The notes: a model not told the origin generated them from the letters alone. DNA of 59,935 nucleotides from Euprymna scolopes (GCA_053919585.1 JBSSHM010000304.1), one strand, 5' to 3'. Numbered from the stretch's first letter, positions 43,753 through 53,504 are shown. Numbers and translations: made by a program.

Positions 43753-44311
43753 AGGCATTGGGCAACCTAATTCTTGCCCAGTTGGTTCAGATTTGTTTTT
43801 TGAAGTTGAAGATGCTTATATTCATATAGATTTAAAGACAGTTGGTGCATCGTTAGAGGGTAAAACTAATATAGGAGACTATACAAAAAACATTTTTATT
43901 GGCACTAACCAGAATAGTTATAAAGGTGAGATGATTGTCAATAGAAGGGATGATAAAGAGTATAGACATTATGCCCCAGCACTCCCTACATTCTATAATG
44001 CAGGAAAGAATGAAGAAAAGATATGCCTCACTTATTTTATTACTATTCTATATGATAAAGACAGTTTAGATATTCTTGTAATGAGTTTACTATGTATGCC
44101 AAATGGAGCATTGGAGCCTCATTATAAAACACGAGTTTTACAGGCAGGAAAAAATCTTGATAAAACACGATTTCGTTTTATCGAAACGCCAAATTTTGAA
44201 CTATTGAGTGAGGATGAGAAGAGAATAAAGGTGGTTTATTTCAATGAAAATATGGCTCACGAATATAGTAATAAATTGACTTTTTTTAAAGAGTTATTTA
44301 ACAAGCAGTAA
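43715..44311 (+). pseudogene. PD-(D/E)xK type II restriction endonuclease-like, probably 5'-truncated
   Basis: GSDLFFEVEDAYIHIDLKT resembles a PD..DxK core. It directly follows the C5 MTase, and the track's N-terminus is merely an alternate frame of the MTase. Confidence 0.55.
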
Positions 44312-44313
44312 AT

Positions 44314-44356
44314 TATGGCAACATTTGTCGTTGGTGATATTCATGGTAAATATAAG
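44314..44356 (+). repeat. Left copy of a 43-bp direct repeat (dead duplicate of the apaH start)
   Basis: TATGGCAACATTTGTCGTTGGTGATATTCATGGTAAATATAAG is identical to 45455-45497, but is followed by TAG instead of CAG. Confidence 0.95.
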
Positions 44357-44455
44357 TAGTTTTGATCAAAATAATGTTATGCTGTGGAGCATGAAAAACT
44401 TTATTAATCGTGTGTACATTCAGAAATAATGGATAAATTTTGCTGAGCATAACGA

Positions 44456-44464
44456 TGATATAAT
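44456..44464 (+). promoter_or_regulatory. Candidate extended -10 promoter of the TA cassette
   Basis: TGATATAAT, 35 nt upstream of the antitoxin ATG. Confidence 0.45.
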
Positions 44465-44499
44465 CTAAGTATTATAAAAAACTATTAAATTTTATACGG

Positions 44500-44976
44500 A
44501 TGTCTATATCAAAAATTTTGTCTATCTATCAATATATTATTGAAAATCACTCTTCAATTGATAAGATTAAAGCAATGAAATTGCCTTACATTGCTTTTGG
44601 ATTTTATGGAGCCATGCATAATAAGGATCATCTTTTTGACAATGACATTCAAGCTTGGAAACACGGACCAGTTATTCCTGATCTTTATCAACACATCAAT
44701 ACAGGGTTGCCTATTGATAATCAAGATTTGATGGTTTTAGAAACTGATGAAACTGAGTGTATTGATTTGGTGATAGAACTATATGGTAAGAAGCCCAGCT
44801 TTAAACTGGTGGATTTGACGCATCAAGCAGGCACGCCATGGCATAAAGTTTATGAGAGTGGACAAAATAATACCATTCCCAAGGAAGATGTTATCAAACA
44901 CTACTCAACAATAGTGAATAGTGCCAAATTAGCAAATAAGTTATCAAACGTATTTGAGACTTTAGCAGCACAATAA
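44500..44976 (+). CDS. Panacea (DUF4065/SocA/GepA-like) antitoxin
   Basis: KAMKLPYIA, LFDNDIQAWKHGPVIPDLY, LVDLTHQAGTPW. Confidence 0.88.
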   Translation: MSISKILSIYQYIIENHSSIDKIKAMKLPYIAFGFYGAMHNKDHLFDNDIQAWKHGPVIPDLYQHINTGLPIDNQDLMVLETDETECIDLVIELYGKKPSFKLVDLTHQAGTPWHKVYESGQNNTIPKEDVIKHYSTIVNSAKLANKLSNVFETLAAQ

Positions 44977-45440
44977 TGCTATCTAAGGAAGAAATTCAGT
45001 TAATTTTAGTTTTAGCCGAAACGTTTTTTAATCAGTTTGAAGAGTATAAAGAAGACCCTTTTCCTAAATGTTCAAGTAATGAACTAGATAAATTGTTTCA
45101 ATGTTGTGAAAGAAGTGAGAGTTTGAGCTACGATGAGGATTTGGATATATACTATAAACTTGCAAAATTAATTTACAATGTCTGTAAAGGACACTTTCTT
45201 CACAATGGGAATAAGCGAGCTGCAACATTAGTATTTATAGCTGTTGTAGTTAAAAAAGACTTAGCATATATAGAAGATTTGTTACTGTCTTCAAATGGAT
45301 TAAGAAATATGGAAAAGATTATCGATATTGTAGTGAGTATTGCAAGGAGCAATCCTAATGAAAGAGATGAAATTATAGAGAAGACAAAGAAAGACTTTCG
45401 TGCCATTTTAGAGCCACTTCATTCTACTACCTCTCATTAA
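44976..45440 (+). CDS. Doc-type Fic toxin
   Basis: GHFLHNGNKRAA (Doc-like HxxxxGNKR); 1-nt TAATG overlap with the antitoxin. Confidence 0.8.
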   Translation: MLSKEEIQLILVLAETFFNQFEEYKEDPFPKCSSNELDKLFQCCERSESLSYDEDLDIYYKLAKLIYNVCKGHFLHNGNKRAATLVFIAVVVKKDLAYIEDLLLSSNGLRNMEKIIDIVVSIARSNPNERDEIIEKTKKDFRAILEPLHSTTSH

Positions 45441-45455
45441 TAACTACAGAAGTAT

Positions 45456-46325
45456 ATGGCAACATTTGTCGTTGGTGATATTCATGGTAAATATAAGCAG
45501 TTACAAGAATTGCTTGCCTTGATTGACTTTAATCAAGATAAAGATATTTTATGGTGTACAGGTGATTTGGTTAATCGTGGTAAAAAGTCGCTTGAGGTTA
45601 TGCAGTTTTGCTTCGATCTTGGTGAGCGTTTCCTCACCGTTTTAGGTAATCATGATATTTTTTTATTAGCACTGTATCATGGTTATCAAAGCAATAAAAA
45701 AATTCCTAAATGCTTAGCAGACATTCTCCAATCTGCACAGGTTGATGATTTAATGTCATGGTTAAGCCATCAACCATTTTTTCATTATGAGAAAGAAAGT
45801 CAAGCAATTCTTGTGCATGCAGGCATTCCACCATTAAGTACATTAGAAGAATGTATACAAGCGAATAATCGATTACAAGCGTTTTTTCAATCACCTGAAC
45901 ATAGCAATGATTTAAAAGATTTTTTATGTCATCATATGATGGGTAATGAGCCGCGCTTTCCAGATGATATTGGTAGTGAGTATGATGATTATCGTTATTT
46001 CATTAATTGCTTTACTCGTATGCGTTATTGTGATTTGAAGGGGGCTCCTCGTTATGCTTTTAAGGGGAAACCCTCAAAAGCACCGTCCAAAAGAACACCA
46101 TGGTTTGCTTTGCCACAACACGGCATACTCTCTTCTCAACAGCCTAAATATTCTGCCATATTTGGGCATTGGGGAACGTTGCATAAGCAACCAATTAATT
46201 CGCCACACATCTTACATCTTGATGATGCGTGTGCATGGGGGGGGTGCTTAACAGCATTGTGTTTACAAGGATGTAAGGAAAGAGGCTATCAAGCAAAGCA
46301 ACGTTTTTCAGTCAGTTGTGCGTAA
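45456..46325 (+). CDS. apaH: Symmetrical bis(5'-nucleosyl)-tetraphosphatase
   Basis: VGDIHG, GDLVNRG, LGNHD, VHAGIPP, FTRMRY, FGHW. Confidence 0.95.
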   Translation: MATFVVGDIHGKYKQLQELLALIDFNQDKDILWCTGDLVNRGKKSLEVMQFCFDLGERFLTVLGNHDIFLLALYHGYQSNKKIPKCLADILQSAQVDDLMSWLSHQPFFHYEKESQAILVHAGIPPLSTLEECIQANNRLQAFFQSPEHSNDLKDFLCHHMMGNEPRFPDDIGSEYDDYRYFINCFTRMRYCDLKGAPRYAFKGKPSKAPSKRTPWFALPQHGILSSQQPKYSAIFGHWGTLHKQPINSPHILHLDDACAWGGCLTALCLQGCKERGYQAKQRFSVSCA

Positions 46326-46354
46326 TTGTAATAACTCATAAAAAATGAAGAAGA

Positions 46355-47842
46355 GTGAAGAATACTAATGAGCAAGATTTGCTACTTCAACAAACGCTAG
46401 TAGACATTTTTTGCACCTTCTTACCTAAAGATTCGGTACTATATCAAAAAGATGAACTCAAGCCGTATGAATGTGATTCACTGACGGCTTATACACAATT
46501 GCCACTATTAGTTGTTTCACCAACAAATGAACAAGAGGTACAAAAAATTGTATCTATTTGCCGTGACTATCAAGTCCCCATTGTGCCTAGGGGATCAGGT
46601 ACGGGACTATCGGGGGGATCAACACCACATCCTAATGGAGTCACACTGAATTTTAGTCGGATGGATAATGTGTTGGAAATTAACCCACATGATTGCACAG
46701 CAACGGTTCAGCCTGGGGTGAGAAATATTGCCATTTCTGAGCAAGCTGCTGCTTATGGTTTATATTTTGCTCCTGATCCTTCTTCACAAATTGCCTGCTC
46801 TATTGGTGGAAATTTTGCAGAAAATTCAGGGGGTTTGCATTGCCTTAAATATGGTTTGACTATTAATAATGTATTGTCTGCTAAGGTGGTATTAGCACAT
46901 GGTGAACAAATTGAGATAGGGCAAAAGTGTATGCAACAAAATGGTTATGATTTATTAGCCATGCTAATTGGCTCTGAAGGATTGTTGGGAGTGGTAACAG
47001 AAATTACGGTGAAATTAATCCCACGGGCTTTTGTGGAAAAGGTGATTTTAGCAGGTTTTAGCAGTGTAACAGAAGCGGCGGATTGTGTCGGGGCAATTAT
47101 CTCTCACGGACTAATCCCGGCTGGTTTAGAGATGATGGATAAGGCGGTGATTAATGTGGTTGAAGACTATGTGCCATGCGGTTATCCAAGAGATGCCGCT
47201 GCCATGATTATTTGTGAAGTTGATGGTTGTGAAGAGGAGGCACAGGAGCAAGTTGATTGGATACAAAAAATCATGTATCAGCATCGTGCAACCAGCTTAA
47301 AAGTATCACAAAATGATGCAGAACGTCAGCAAATGTGGTTAGGTAGAAAATCAGCGTTTCCTGCCACGGGGCTTACTTCCCCTGATTACTACTGTTTAGA
47401 TGGGACGATACCAAGACGCCATATTGGAAAAGTACTGGAGCGAATTCAAGAGCTATCTAATCACTATGGTTTGCGTGTCGTCAATGTTTTTCATGCTGGT
47501 GATGGAAACCTTCATCCCCTTATTCTTTATGATGAGAGTGTTCCCGGTGAGTTAGAAAGTTGTGAGGAACTTGGTGGAGAAATTTTACAAGCTTGTGTGC
47601 AGGTAGGAGGCACGATTTCTGGTGAGCATGGTATTGGTTTAGAAAAAATTGATCAAATGTGTTATCAATTTAGTGCTGTAGAGTTAGCACAATTTCGCAC
47701 GCTTAAGCAGGCATTTGATCCGCTTAATATTATGAATCCAGAAAAACATATCCCAACCTTGCATCGCTGTGCCGAATTTGGTGCTATGCATGTACATCGC
47801 CACGGCAAGCAGCATAAACATGCAGACATACCAAGATTTTAA
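46355..47842 (+). CDS. glcD: Glycolate oxidase subunit GlcD
   Basis: YECDSL, PDPSSQIACSIGGN, GSEGLLG, HAGDGNLHP, GEHGIG, PTLHRCAE..PRF. Confidence 0.93.
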   Translation: MKNTNEQDLLLQQTLVDIFCTFLPKDSVLYQKDELKPYECDSLTAYTQLPLLVVSPTNEQEVQKIVSICRDYQVPIVPRGSGTGLSGGSTPHPNGVTLNFSRMDNVLEINPHDCTATVQPGVRNIAISEQAAAYGLYFAPDPSSQIACSIGGNFAENSGGLHCLKYGLTINNVLSAKVVLAHGEQIEIGQKCMQQNGYDLLAMLIGSEGLLGVVTEITVKLIPRAFVEKVILAGFSSVTEAADCVGAIISHGLIPAGLEMMDKAVINVVEDYVPCGYPRDAAAMIICEVDGCEEEAQEQVDWIQKIMYQHRATSLKVSQNDAERQQMWLGRKSAFPATGLTSPDYYCLDGTIPRRHIGKVLERIQELSNHYGLRVVNVFHAGDGNLHPLILYDESVPGELESCEELGGEILQACVQVGGTISGEHGIGLEKIDQMCYQFSAVELAQFRTLKQAFDPLNIMNPEKHIPTLHRCAEFGAMHVHRHGKQHKHADIPRF

Positions 47843-47859
47843 AATGCAAGGGATACGAC

Positions 47860-48930
47860 ATGGATGATTTTACTAAAACCCTACAAGCCACTCTCAATCA
47901 GGCAATAAAAGAAAATCGCACGTTGCGTATTTGTGGAGGTGATAGCAAGAATTTTCTCACCCCAAATGCATCAAGTGAAGCTCAATTGATTTCAACACAA
48001 GCCTATCAAGGTGTTGTGAGTTATGAACCCACTGAGTTAGTAATTACTGTTAAATCAGGGACAAAGTTAACAGAGCTTGTGGGAATTTTAGACGATAAAA
48101 ATCAGCATTTAAGTTTTGATCCCCCTCTATTTTCTGAAGAAAGCACAGTAGGAGGTATGATTGCCTGTGGGATAAGTGGTACTTCTCGACCTTGGAAAGG
48201 CTTAATTCGTGATAGTTTATTAGGATGCAAAGTACTTAACGGCAAAGCAGAGGTGATGCACTTTGGTGGACAGGTTTTTAAAAATGTTGCAGGTTTTGAT
48301 TTATTTCGTCCGCAAGCGGGTGCTTGGGGGACATTAGGGATTGTGTTGGAGCTTTCATTAAGGGTGAATCCAAAACCCAAACAAACACGTTATTTTTCTT
48401 ACCAATGTTCACAGCAAGAAGCATTTAAATTGATGCAAAAATACCAACAACACCCTCATCCCATCAGTGGTTTATGTTGGTATAAAGGCGTGCTACAATG
48501 TCGCTTAGCTGGTTTTCAATCAGCAATTGAGTATTCTATTTCTCAGCTACATGAACTGCAAGAAACACCAGAGAGTGAAATATTTTGGCAACAACTTGCA
48601 AGGTATCAGTTATCCGTGATGCGAGAATCTTCTAATCAAGGGTATTATAAACTCTATACACAATGTAGTAGGCCTCTCATTCCTGAAGCCCCCGTTACGT
48701 TAATTGATTGGGGTGGTGCTATCCGCTGGTACGATTCAAGGCAATTACCCATACAGCAATCCCATCTATCGCAATACTGTTCGCATTATGAAAAATGGTT
48801 ATCACCCCCGTCACCAACCGGTATTATCTACTCACCAATGAGTACTGCCATTTGGCAACTTCATCAAAATATACGTCATGCTTTCGATCCACACAAACTA
48901 TTTAATCAACATCTTTTCCAATCTCGATGA
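47860..48930 (+). CDS. glcE: Glycolate oxidase subunit GlcE
   Basis: SYEPTELVIT, FGGQVFKNVAGFD, IDWGGAIRW, FDP. Confidence 0.92.
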   Translation: MDDFTKTLQATLNQAIKENRTLRICGGDSKNFLTPNASSEAQLISTQAYQGVVSYEPTELVITVKSGTKLTELVGILDDKNQHLSFDPPLFSEESTVGGMIACGISGTSRPWKGLIRDSLLGCKVLNGKAEVMHFGGQVFKNVAGFDLFRPQAGAWGTLGIVLELSLRVNPKPKQTRYFSYQCSQQEAFKLMQKYQQHPHPISGLCWYKGVLQCRLAGFQSAIEYSISQLHELQETPESEIFWQQLARYQLSVMRESSNQGYYKLYTQCSRPLIPEAPVTLIDWGGAIRWYDSRQLPIQQSHLSQYCSHYEKWLSPPSPTGIIYSPMSTAIWQLHQNIRHAFDPHKLFNQHLFQSR

Positions 48931-50192
48931 AGTCATCTTTACATGCTATTTTTAGTGATACCAAGCAGGGCAATCTTGCACAAAGCATAATTCAAAAATG
49001 CGTGCATTGTGGTTTTTGTAATGCCAATTGTCCAACGTATCGCTTAACAGGTGAAGAACTGGATGGACCTCGTGGGCGAATTTATCAGATTAAAAATTTA
49101 TTAGAAGAAGGCGAGGCATCTACCAATGTGCAACGACATCTTGATCGGTGTTTAACCTGCCGAAGATGTGAAACCACTTGCCCATCTTCTGTGCAATATA
49201 GCCGATTAATGGATATAGCCAAGCATTTTTTAGAGCCACGTTTAAAACGCCCATTGTCTGCTAGAATACTGCGCACATTACTATTGTGGTTGCTTCCGTA
49301 CAATAAGCGATTGTATCCTTTTATACGTTTAGGCATGTTTCTGCGTTCAGCGATGCCATCATGCATTGCTCAGCACATTCCAATTAACGAGCAAACATAT
49401 GGGCAATATGGGCAGAAAAAACATTCAATGCCTAAGAATCCAATTGCCACTGTCATTTTGCCATCTGGCTGTGTTCAATCTGTTGCTAAACCGCAAATCA
49501 ATGAAGAAACCATACAATTTCTACATAAATTAGGTTATCGTGTTGTGCCTACTGATACGGGCTGTTGTGGGGCTTTAGCTCATCATATGAGTGCCAGTAA
49601 AATCACCAATCAGCAACTTAAGCACAACATTCAATGCTGGTATGAAATACTCATGGAAGCAGAGCTAAACAAACATCCTACCTATATCGTGATCACTGCT
49701 TCAGGGTGTGGAGCGATGGTTAAAGATTATGCCTATGTGATGCAAACCAGTAATGAATCGGAGGAATGGATACAAAAAGCACAAATAATCAGCGATGCTT
49801 GTGTCGACTTAAGCGAACTCATTACGCCACAATATTTACAATCACATCTACAGCAAAATAATGTTAAAGAGCCTTGCAAAATTGCCTACCATCCCCCTTG
49901 TACGCTACAACACGGGCAAAATAATACAGGGAAAGTAGAAGCCTTATTGAAAACAGTGGGTTATGAATTATTACCGTTTGCCGATAGCGATCAATGTTGC
50001 GGTTCAGCAGGTACTTATTCTCTTTTCCAACCTAAAATTGCTAAACAACTCAGGAAAAATAAACTGAGCTATCTCAATGGCACAAACCCTGATATCATTG
50101 TTACGGCAAACATTGGTTGTCAATTATTCTTAGAAGGTGGAGCTAGCACACCGATTAAACACTGGATACAATTGATTAATCAAAGAATTTAA
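48927..50192 (+). CDS. glcF: Glycolate oxidase iron-sulfur subunit GlcF
   Basis: CVHCGFCNANCP, CLTCRRCETTCP, two CCG domains. Confidence 0.93.
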   Translation: MKSSLHAIFSDTKQGNLAQSIIQKCVHCGFCNANCPTYRLTGEELDGPRGRIYQIKNLLEEGEASTNVQRHLDRCLTCRRCETTCPSSVQYSRLMDIAKHFLEPRLKRPLSARILRTLLLWLLPYNKRLYPFIRLGMFLRSAMPSCIAQHIPINEQTYGQYGQKKHSMPKNPIATVILPSGCVQSVAKPQINEETIQFLHKLGYRVVPTDTGCCGALAHHMSASKITNQQLKHNIQCWYEILMEAELNKHPTYIVITASGCGAMVKDYAYVMQTSNESEEWIQKAQIISDACVDLSELITPQYLQSHLQQNNVKEPCKIAYHPPCTLQHGQNNTGKVEALLKTVGYELLPFADSDQCCGSAGTYSLFQPKIAKQLRKNKLSYLNGTNPDIIVTANIGCQLFLEGGASTPIKHWIQLINQRI

Positions 50193-50307
50193 TTAACTTT
50201 GTTTCTCATTTTTATTGTTTTTTGAATAACAAACAAATTAGATGTAAATGGATTAACACCTAATTGTTTTGTGTATCATTTTGGAAAAAATTTTAACATT
50301 AAAATGC

Positions 50308-51304
50308 ATGGTTGTTATAAATTTTGATCTAAGCAATGCGGCAAATTATCATTACGGACAATTTCCACCCTCAACACTGAACTACGAAAAGAAAAGTTAT
50401 TGCCCAAGCTTTTAGTCGCAACAGATGCTGTAGCACGTTATGATCAAGTATTAAAGGGTATGCATAATAGTACAATATTTTTGGCACCAATGAGAAGCCA
50501 AGAAGCGGTGGTATCATCAAGAATGGAAGGTACGATTAGTACCATGGATGAGATATTACAGTATGAAGCTAGTCGTGTTGAGGAAGGAAAAGCAGATGCT
50601 TCAAATACACGTTCTGAAGCCATTGAGACCATACTTTACCAAATAGCATTAACAGAAGCTCAGCAAGCTGTGTTATCTGGTCAGAGCATTTCCAATTCGC
50701 TTGACAGATGGATTAGAGCGGTTATATGCATATATAAATGATGAATCCTATTCAGCACTCATACGTGTAGCATTGACGCACCTTGAATTTGAAGCATTGC
50801 ATCCTTTTGAAGATGGCAATGGAAGAATTGGACGCATGCTAATTACCTTGATGATGTGGAAATTAGGCATTATCTCTGCGCCACATTTTTATATCAGTAG
50901 CTATTTTGAAGATAATAAAAATCAATATATTGATGCCATGCGAGAGGTATCTGAAAATCATGCATGGGAAGAATGGTGCAATTTTTTTTACTGCGCTTGA
51001 GCAACAAGCGATGAGAAATATAGAAATTGCCGAATCAATTAGCAATCTCTACAAAGCAATGAAAAGTGAATTTGCGTCTATTTTAGCTTCTAAGTGGAGT
51101 GTGCAGGCTTTGGATTTTGTGTTTGCTAATCCCATATTTCTTAATACTAAGTTTACAAAATATAGTGATATTCCTAACGCATCTGCTGCTCGTTTCACTA
51201 GGGCATTACTGGATAGGGGGTTGTTAGTAACTATTCGAGAAGCATCGGGAAGACGTTCAGCTATGTATTCATTTGAGCCACTAATGCGTTTGATACGTGT
51301 TTAA
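50308..51304 (+). pseudogene. Fic family protein (class II, C-terminal wHTH), fragmented
   Basis: Starts MVVINFDLSNAANYHYGQFPP. Lesions are a 5-nt tandem duplication (GAAAAGAAAAG) at about 50385-50395, an out-of-frame junction at about 50700 and a shift at T8 (50982-50989). SSRMEG and HPFEDGNGRIGR motifs remain. Confidence 0.85.
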
Positions 51305-51322
51305 GTTAGTAATGCTGTACTT

Positions 51323-51964
51323 TTATTTGCCAAGCAACACATAAACGGCACCTGTGCCGCCGTCTTTTGGCGTACAGGAACAAAATCCTCTTACTATTAA
51401 AATTTGTTCTAACCAATGTTTGATTGCCCATTTGAGAGGTGAATGGCTATCGGTACTGCGATTACCTTTTCCGTGAATAATGCGAAGGCATTGTATATCC
51501 TCATGATAGGCATATAGGAGACTTCTGATCACTTCATGTTTGGCTTCATTGACGGTGTAATGATGTAGATCCACTTCATGCTCTACTACAATGAGTCCTT
51601 TTTTTAGTTTGCGAAAAAGGGGGCAGTTAGTTCCTCGGCGATTAAATTCCAGTTTATCTAAATTTGCGTGTATTTTATTGGTATAGCCGCTCACACTATC
51701 CTCAATGCTTTCAAGTAAATCGGTAAATGTTAGAGGTACTGTTGGGGATGGAGAAACTTTAGAGATTGAATTTTGATAAATATTTTTATCAGCATGTTGT
51801 GACTGGGTAGATGGATTTTGTAAAATTGGTATTGGTGGTTGTTTTTTGTGCTGTGGTCGTGTAGGAGGGATAGTATTACTTTTTTTGATAGGGTGAACTT
51901 CTCCCACTGCTTGGCGAAACAGTTCTTCGTCGGATAATGGCAATGATTTTTTTTGCTCAGTCAT
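51323..51964 (-). CDS. Smr/MutS domain endonuclease
   Basis: LFRQAVGEV, VDLHHYT, IIHGKG, DGGTGAVYVLL. Confidence 0.9.
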   Translation of the reverse strand: MTEQKKSLPLSDEELFRQAVGEVHPIKKSNTIPPTRPQHKKQPPIPILQNPSTQSQHADKNIYQNSISKVSPSPTVPLTFTDLLESIEDSVSGYTNKIHANLDKLEFNRRGTNCPLFRKLKKGLIVVEHEVDLHHYTVNEAKHEVIRSLLYAYHEDIQCLRIIHGKGNRSTDSHSPLKWAIKHWLEQILIVRGFCSCTPKDGGTGAVYVLLGK

Positions 51965-52007
51965 CTAATCGATTTTAATCTATCTTGGTTCATCTATATT
52001 TTATTGT

Positions 52008-52754
52008 ATGCATATTCTACTTTCTAATGATGACGGTTATCAAGCACCGGGTATCAATACACTAAGGAAACATTTATTACAAGCAGGACATCGAGTCACC
52101 GTTATTGCACCTGATCGTAATCGTAGTGCGTGTAGTAGCTTGCTTACCGTTACCAAGTCTCTCATGCCGATTGAGGTTGAGAAAGATGTATGGTATGTGG
52201 AGGATGGTACGCCTGCTGACTGTATCCACTTAGCCTTAGGCGGATTATTTGATTTTGTGCCAGATATGGTGTGTGCAGGAATTAATGATTGTGCCAATCT
52301 TGGAGACGATACTATTTATTCTGGCACAGTGGCAGCTGTCATTGAGGCACGTCATATGGATATGCCAAAAATTGCTTTTTCACTTGATGGAAATAGAGAG
52401 TATGCATTTGAGGACTCTGCTAAAATTGCTTTAGAGATTATTGAATTTGTGCATCAGCAAAAAATTAGTCAAATTCTCAATGTGAATATTCCAGCAATGA
52501 CTTATGAGGAGATAAAAGGGTGGCAAATTACTCGTTTGGGTTCAAGGGTTAAATCTGCACCCATTACTTCCTCAATAAATGAGCAAGGGCAAATGGTTTA
52601 TTTTATTGGCGAGATTGGACGATGCCAAGATGACCATGCAGGAACAGATTTTGAGGCACTAGAGAAAGGATACGTAAGCATTTCACCCCTGCATACAGAT
52701 TTAAGTGATTATCAAATACTGCATAAGCTAGAGAACCAATTAGAAAATCATTAG
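52008..52754 (+). CDS. surE: 5'/3'-nucleotidase SurE
   Basis: ILLSNDDG, GTPADC, YSGTVAA, LNVNIP. Confidence 0.95.
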   Translation: MHILLSNDDGYQAPGINTLRKHLLQAGHRVTVIAPDRNRSACSSLLTVTKSLMPIEVEKDVWYVEDGTPADCIHLALGGLFDFVPDMVCAGINDCANLGDDTIYSGTVAAVIEARHMDMPKIAFSLDGNREYAFEDSAKIALEIIEFVHQQKISQILNVNIPAMTYEEIKGWQITRLGSRVKSAPITSSINEQGQMVYFIGEIGRCQDDHAGTDFEALEKGYVSISPLHTDLSDYQILHKLENQLENH

Positions 52755-52763
52755 GTAGAAAGT

Positions 52764-53456
52764 TTGATACATACACAGATACCGCCACTACTGATTGAGC
52801 GTTTTAAGAAACATATACAGCCTGCTTGTGTTGTGCAAGGGGAACTTCAGAATGCTGTATTGCAGGCGATGTTGGATGTGCCTCGTCATCTATTTGTTGA
52901 TGCTGCTATGCAACACAGGGCGTATGATAATGATGCCCTACCTATTGGCTATGCACAGACTATCTCACAACCATCTATTGTGGCTTGCATGAGTGCATAT
53001 CTTTATCAATCGCTTAACCAATCGCTAGGCTATTTTAACAATGTATTGGAAATAGGGACAGGGTCTGGTTATCAATCAGCAGTATTAGCTAAGTTATGGA
53101 AGCAGGTATATACCATTGAACGAGTTGAACATCTGCATCATAATGTGCAAAGTAAACATCAAAAAATCCATTTAAGTAATATTGAATATTTTTATGGTGA
53201 TGGGCATTTAGGTTTACCAGAAAAATCCCCTTTTGATGGGATTATTCTCACCGCTTGTTGCGTTGAAATTCCATTTTCTTTACAAGAGCAACTGGTGGTT
53301 GGTGGAGTAATTATCGCCCCTATTGAATATCAGGACACACAAGTTTTAATGCTCTATAAAAAAAAACAGGAAGAGGGTAAGATTAAATGGCAAGAGAGCT
53401 TAATTTGTGAAGTAAAATTTGTACCTATGCTAAGTGGAGTGAGAAATCAAGCTTAG
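52764..53456 (+). CDS. pcm: Protein-L-isoaspartate O-methyltransferase
   Basis: VPRHLF, LPIGYAQTISQP, VLEIGTGSGYQ, FVPM. Confidence 0.93.
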   Translation: MIHTQIPPLLIERFKKHIQPACVVQGELQNAVLQAMLDVPRHLFVDAAMQHRAYDNDALPIGYAQTISQPSIVACMSAYLYQSLNQSLGYFNNVLEIGTGSGYQSAVLAKLWKQVYTIERVEHLHHNVQSKHQKIHLSNIEYFYGDGHLGLPEKSPFDGIILTACCVEIPFSLQEQLVVGGVIIAPIEYQDTQVLMLYKKKQEEGKIKWQESLICEVKFVPMLSGVRNQA

Positions 53457-53474
53457 TTTTATAGTAGTATCCTA

Positions 53475-53504
53475 TTGCATAAAAAAACTGTTGCATAAAA
53501 AAAC
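53475..53504. repeat. 14-bp tandem direct repeat upstream of the ferredoxin
   Basis: TTGCATAAAAAAAC at 53475-53488 and 53491-53504. Confidence 0.6.

Noticed and set aside
44314-45497. CRISPR repeat or integron attC interpretation of the 43-bp repeat
   Set aside because: There are only two copies 1.1 kb apart, the sequence is apaH coding DNA, and there is no attC-like palindrome, cas gene or intI.
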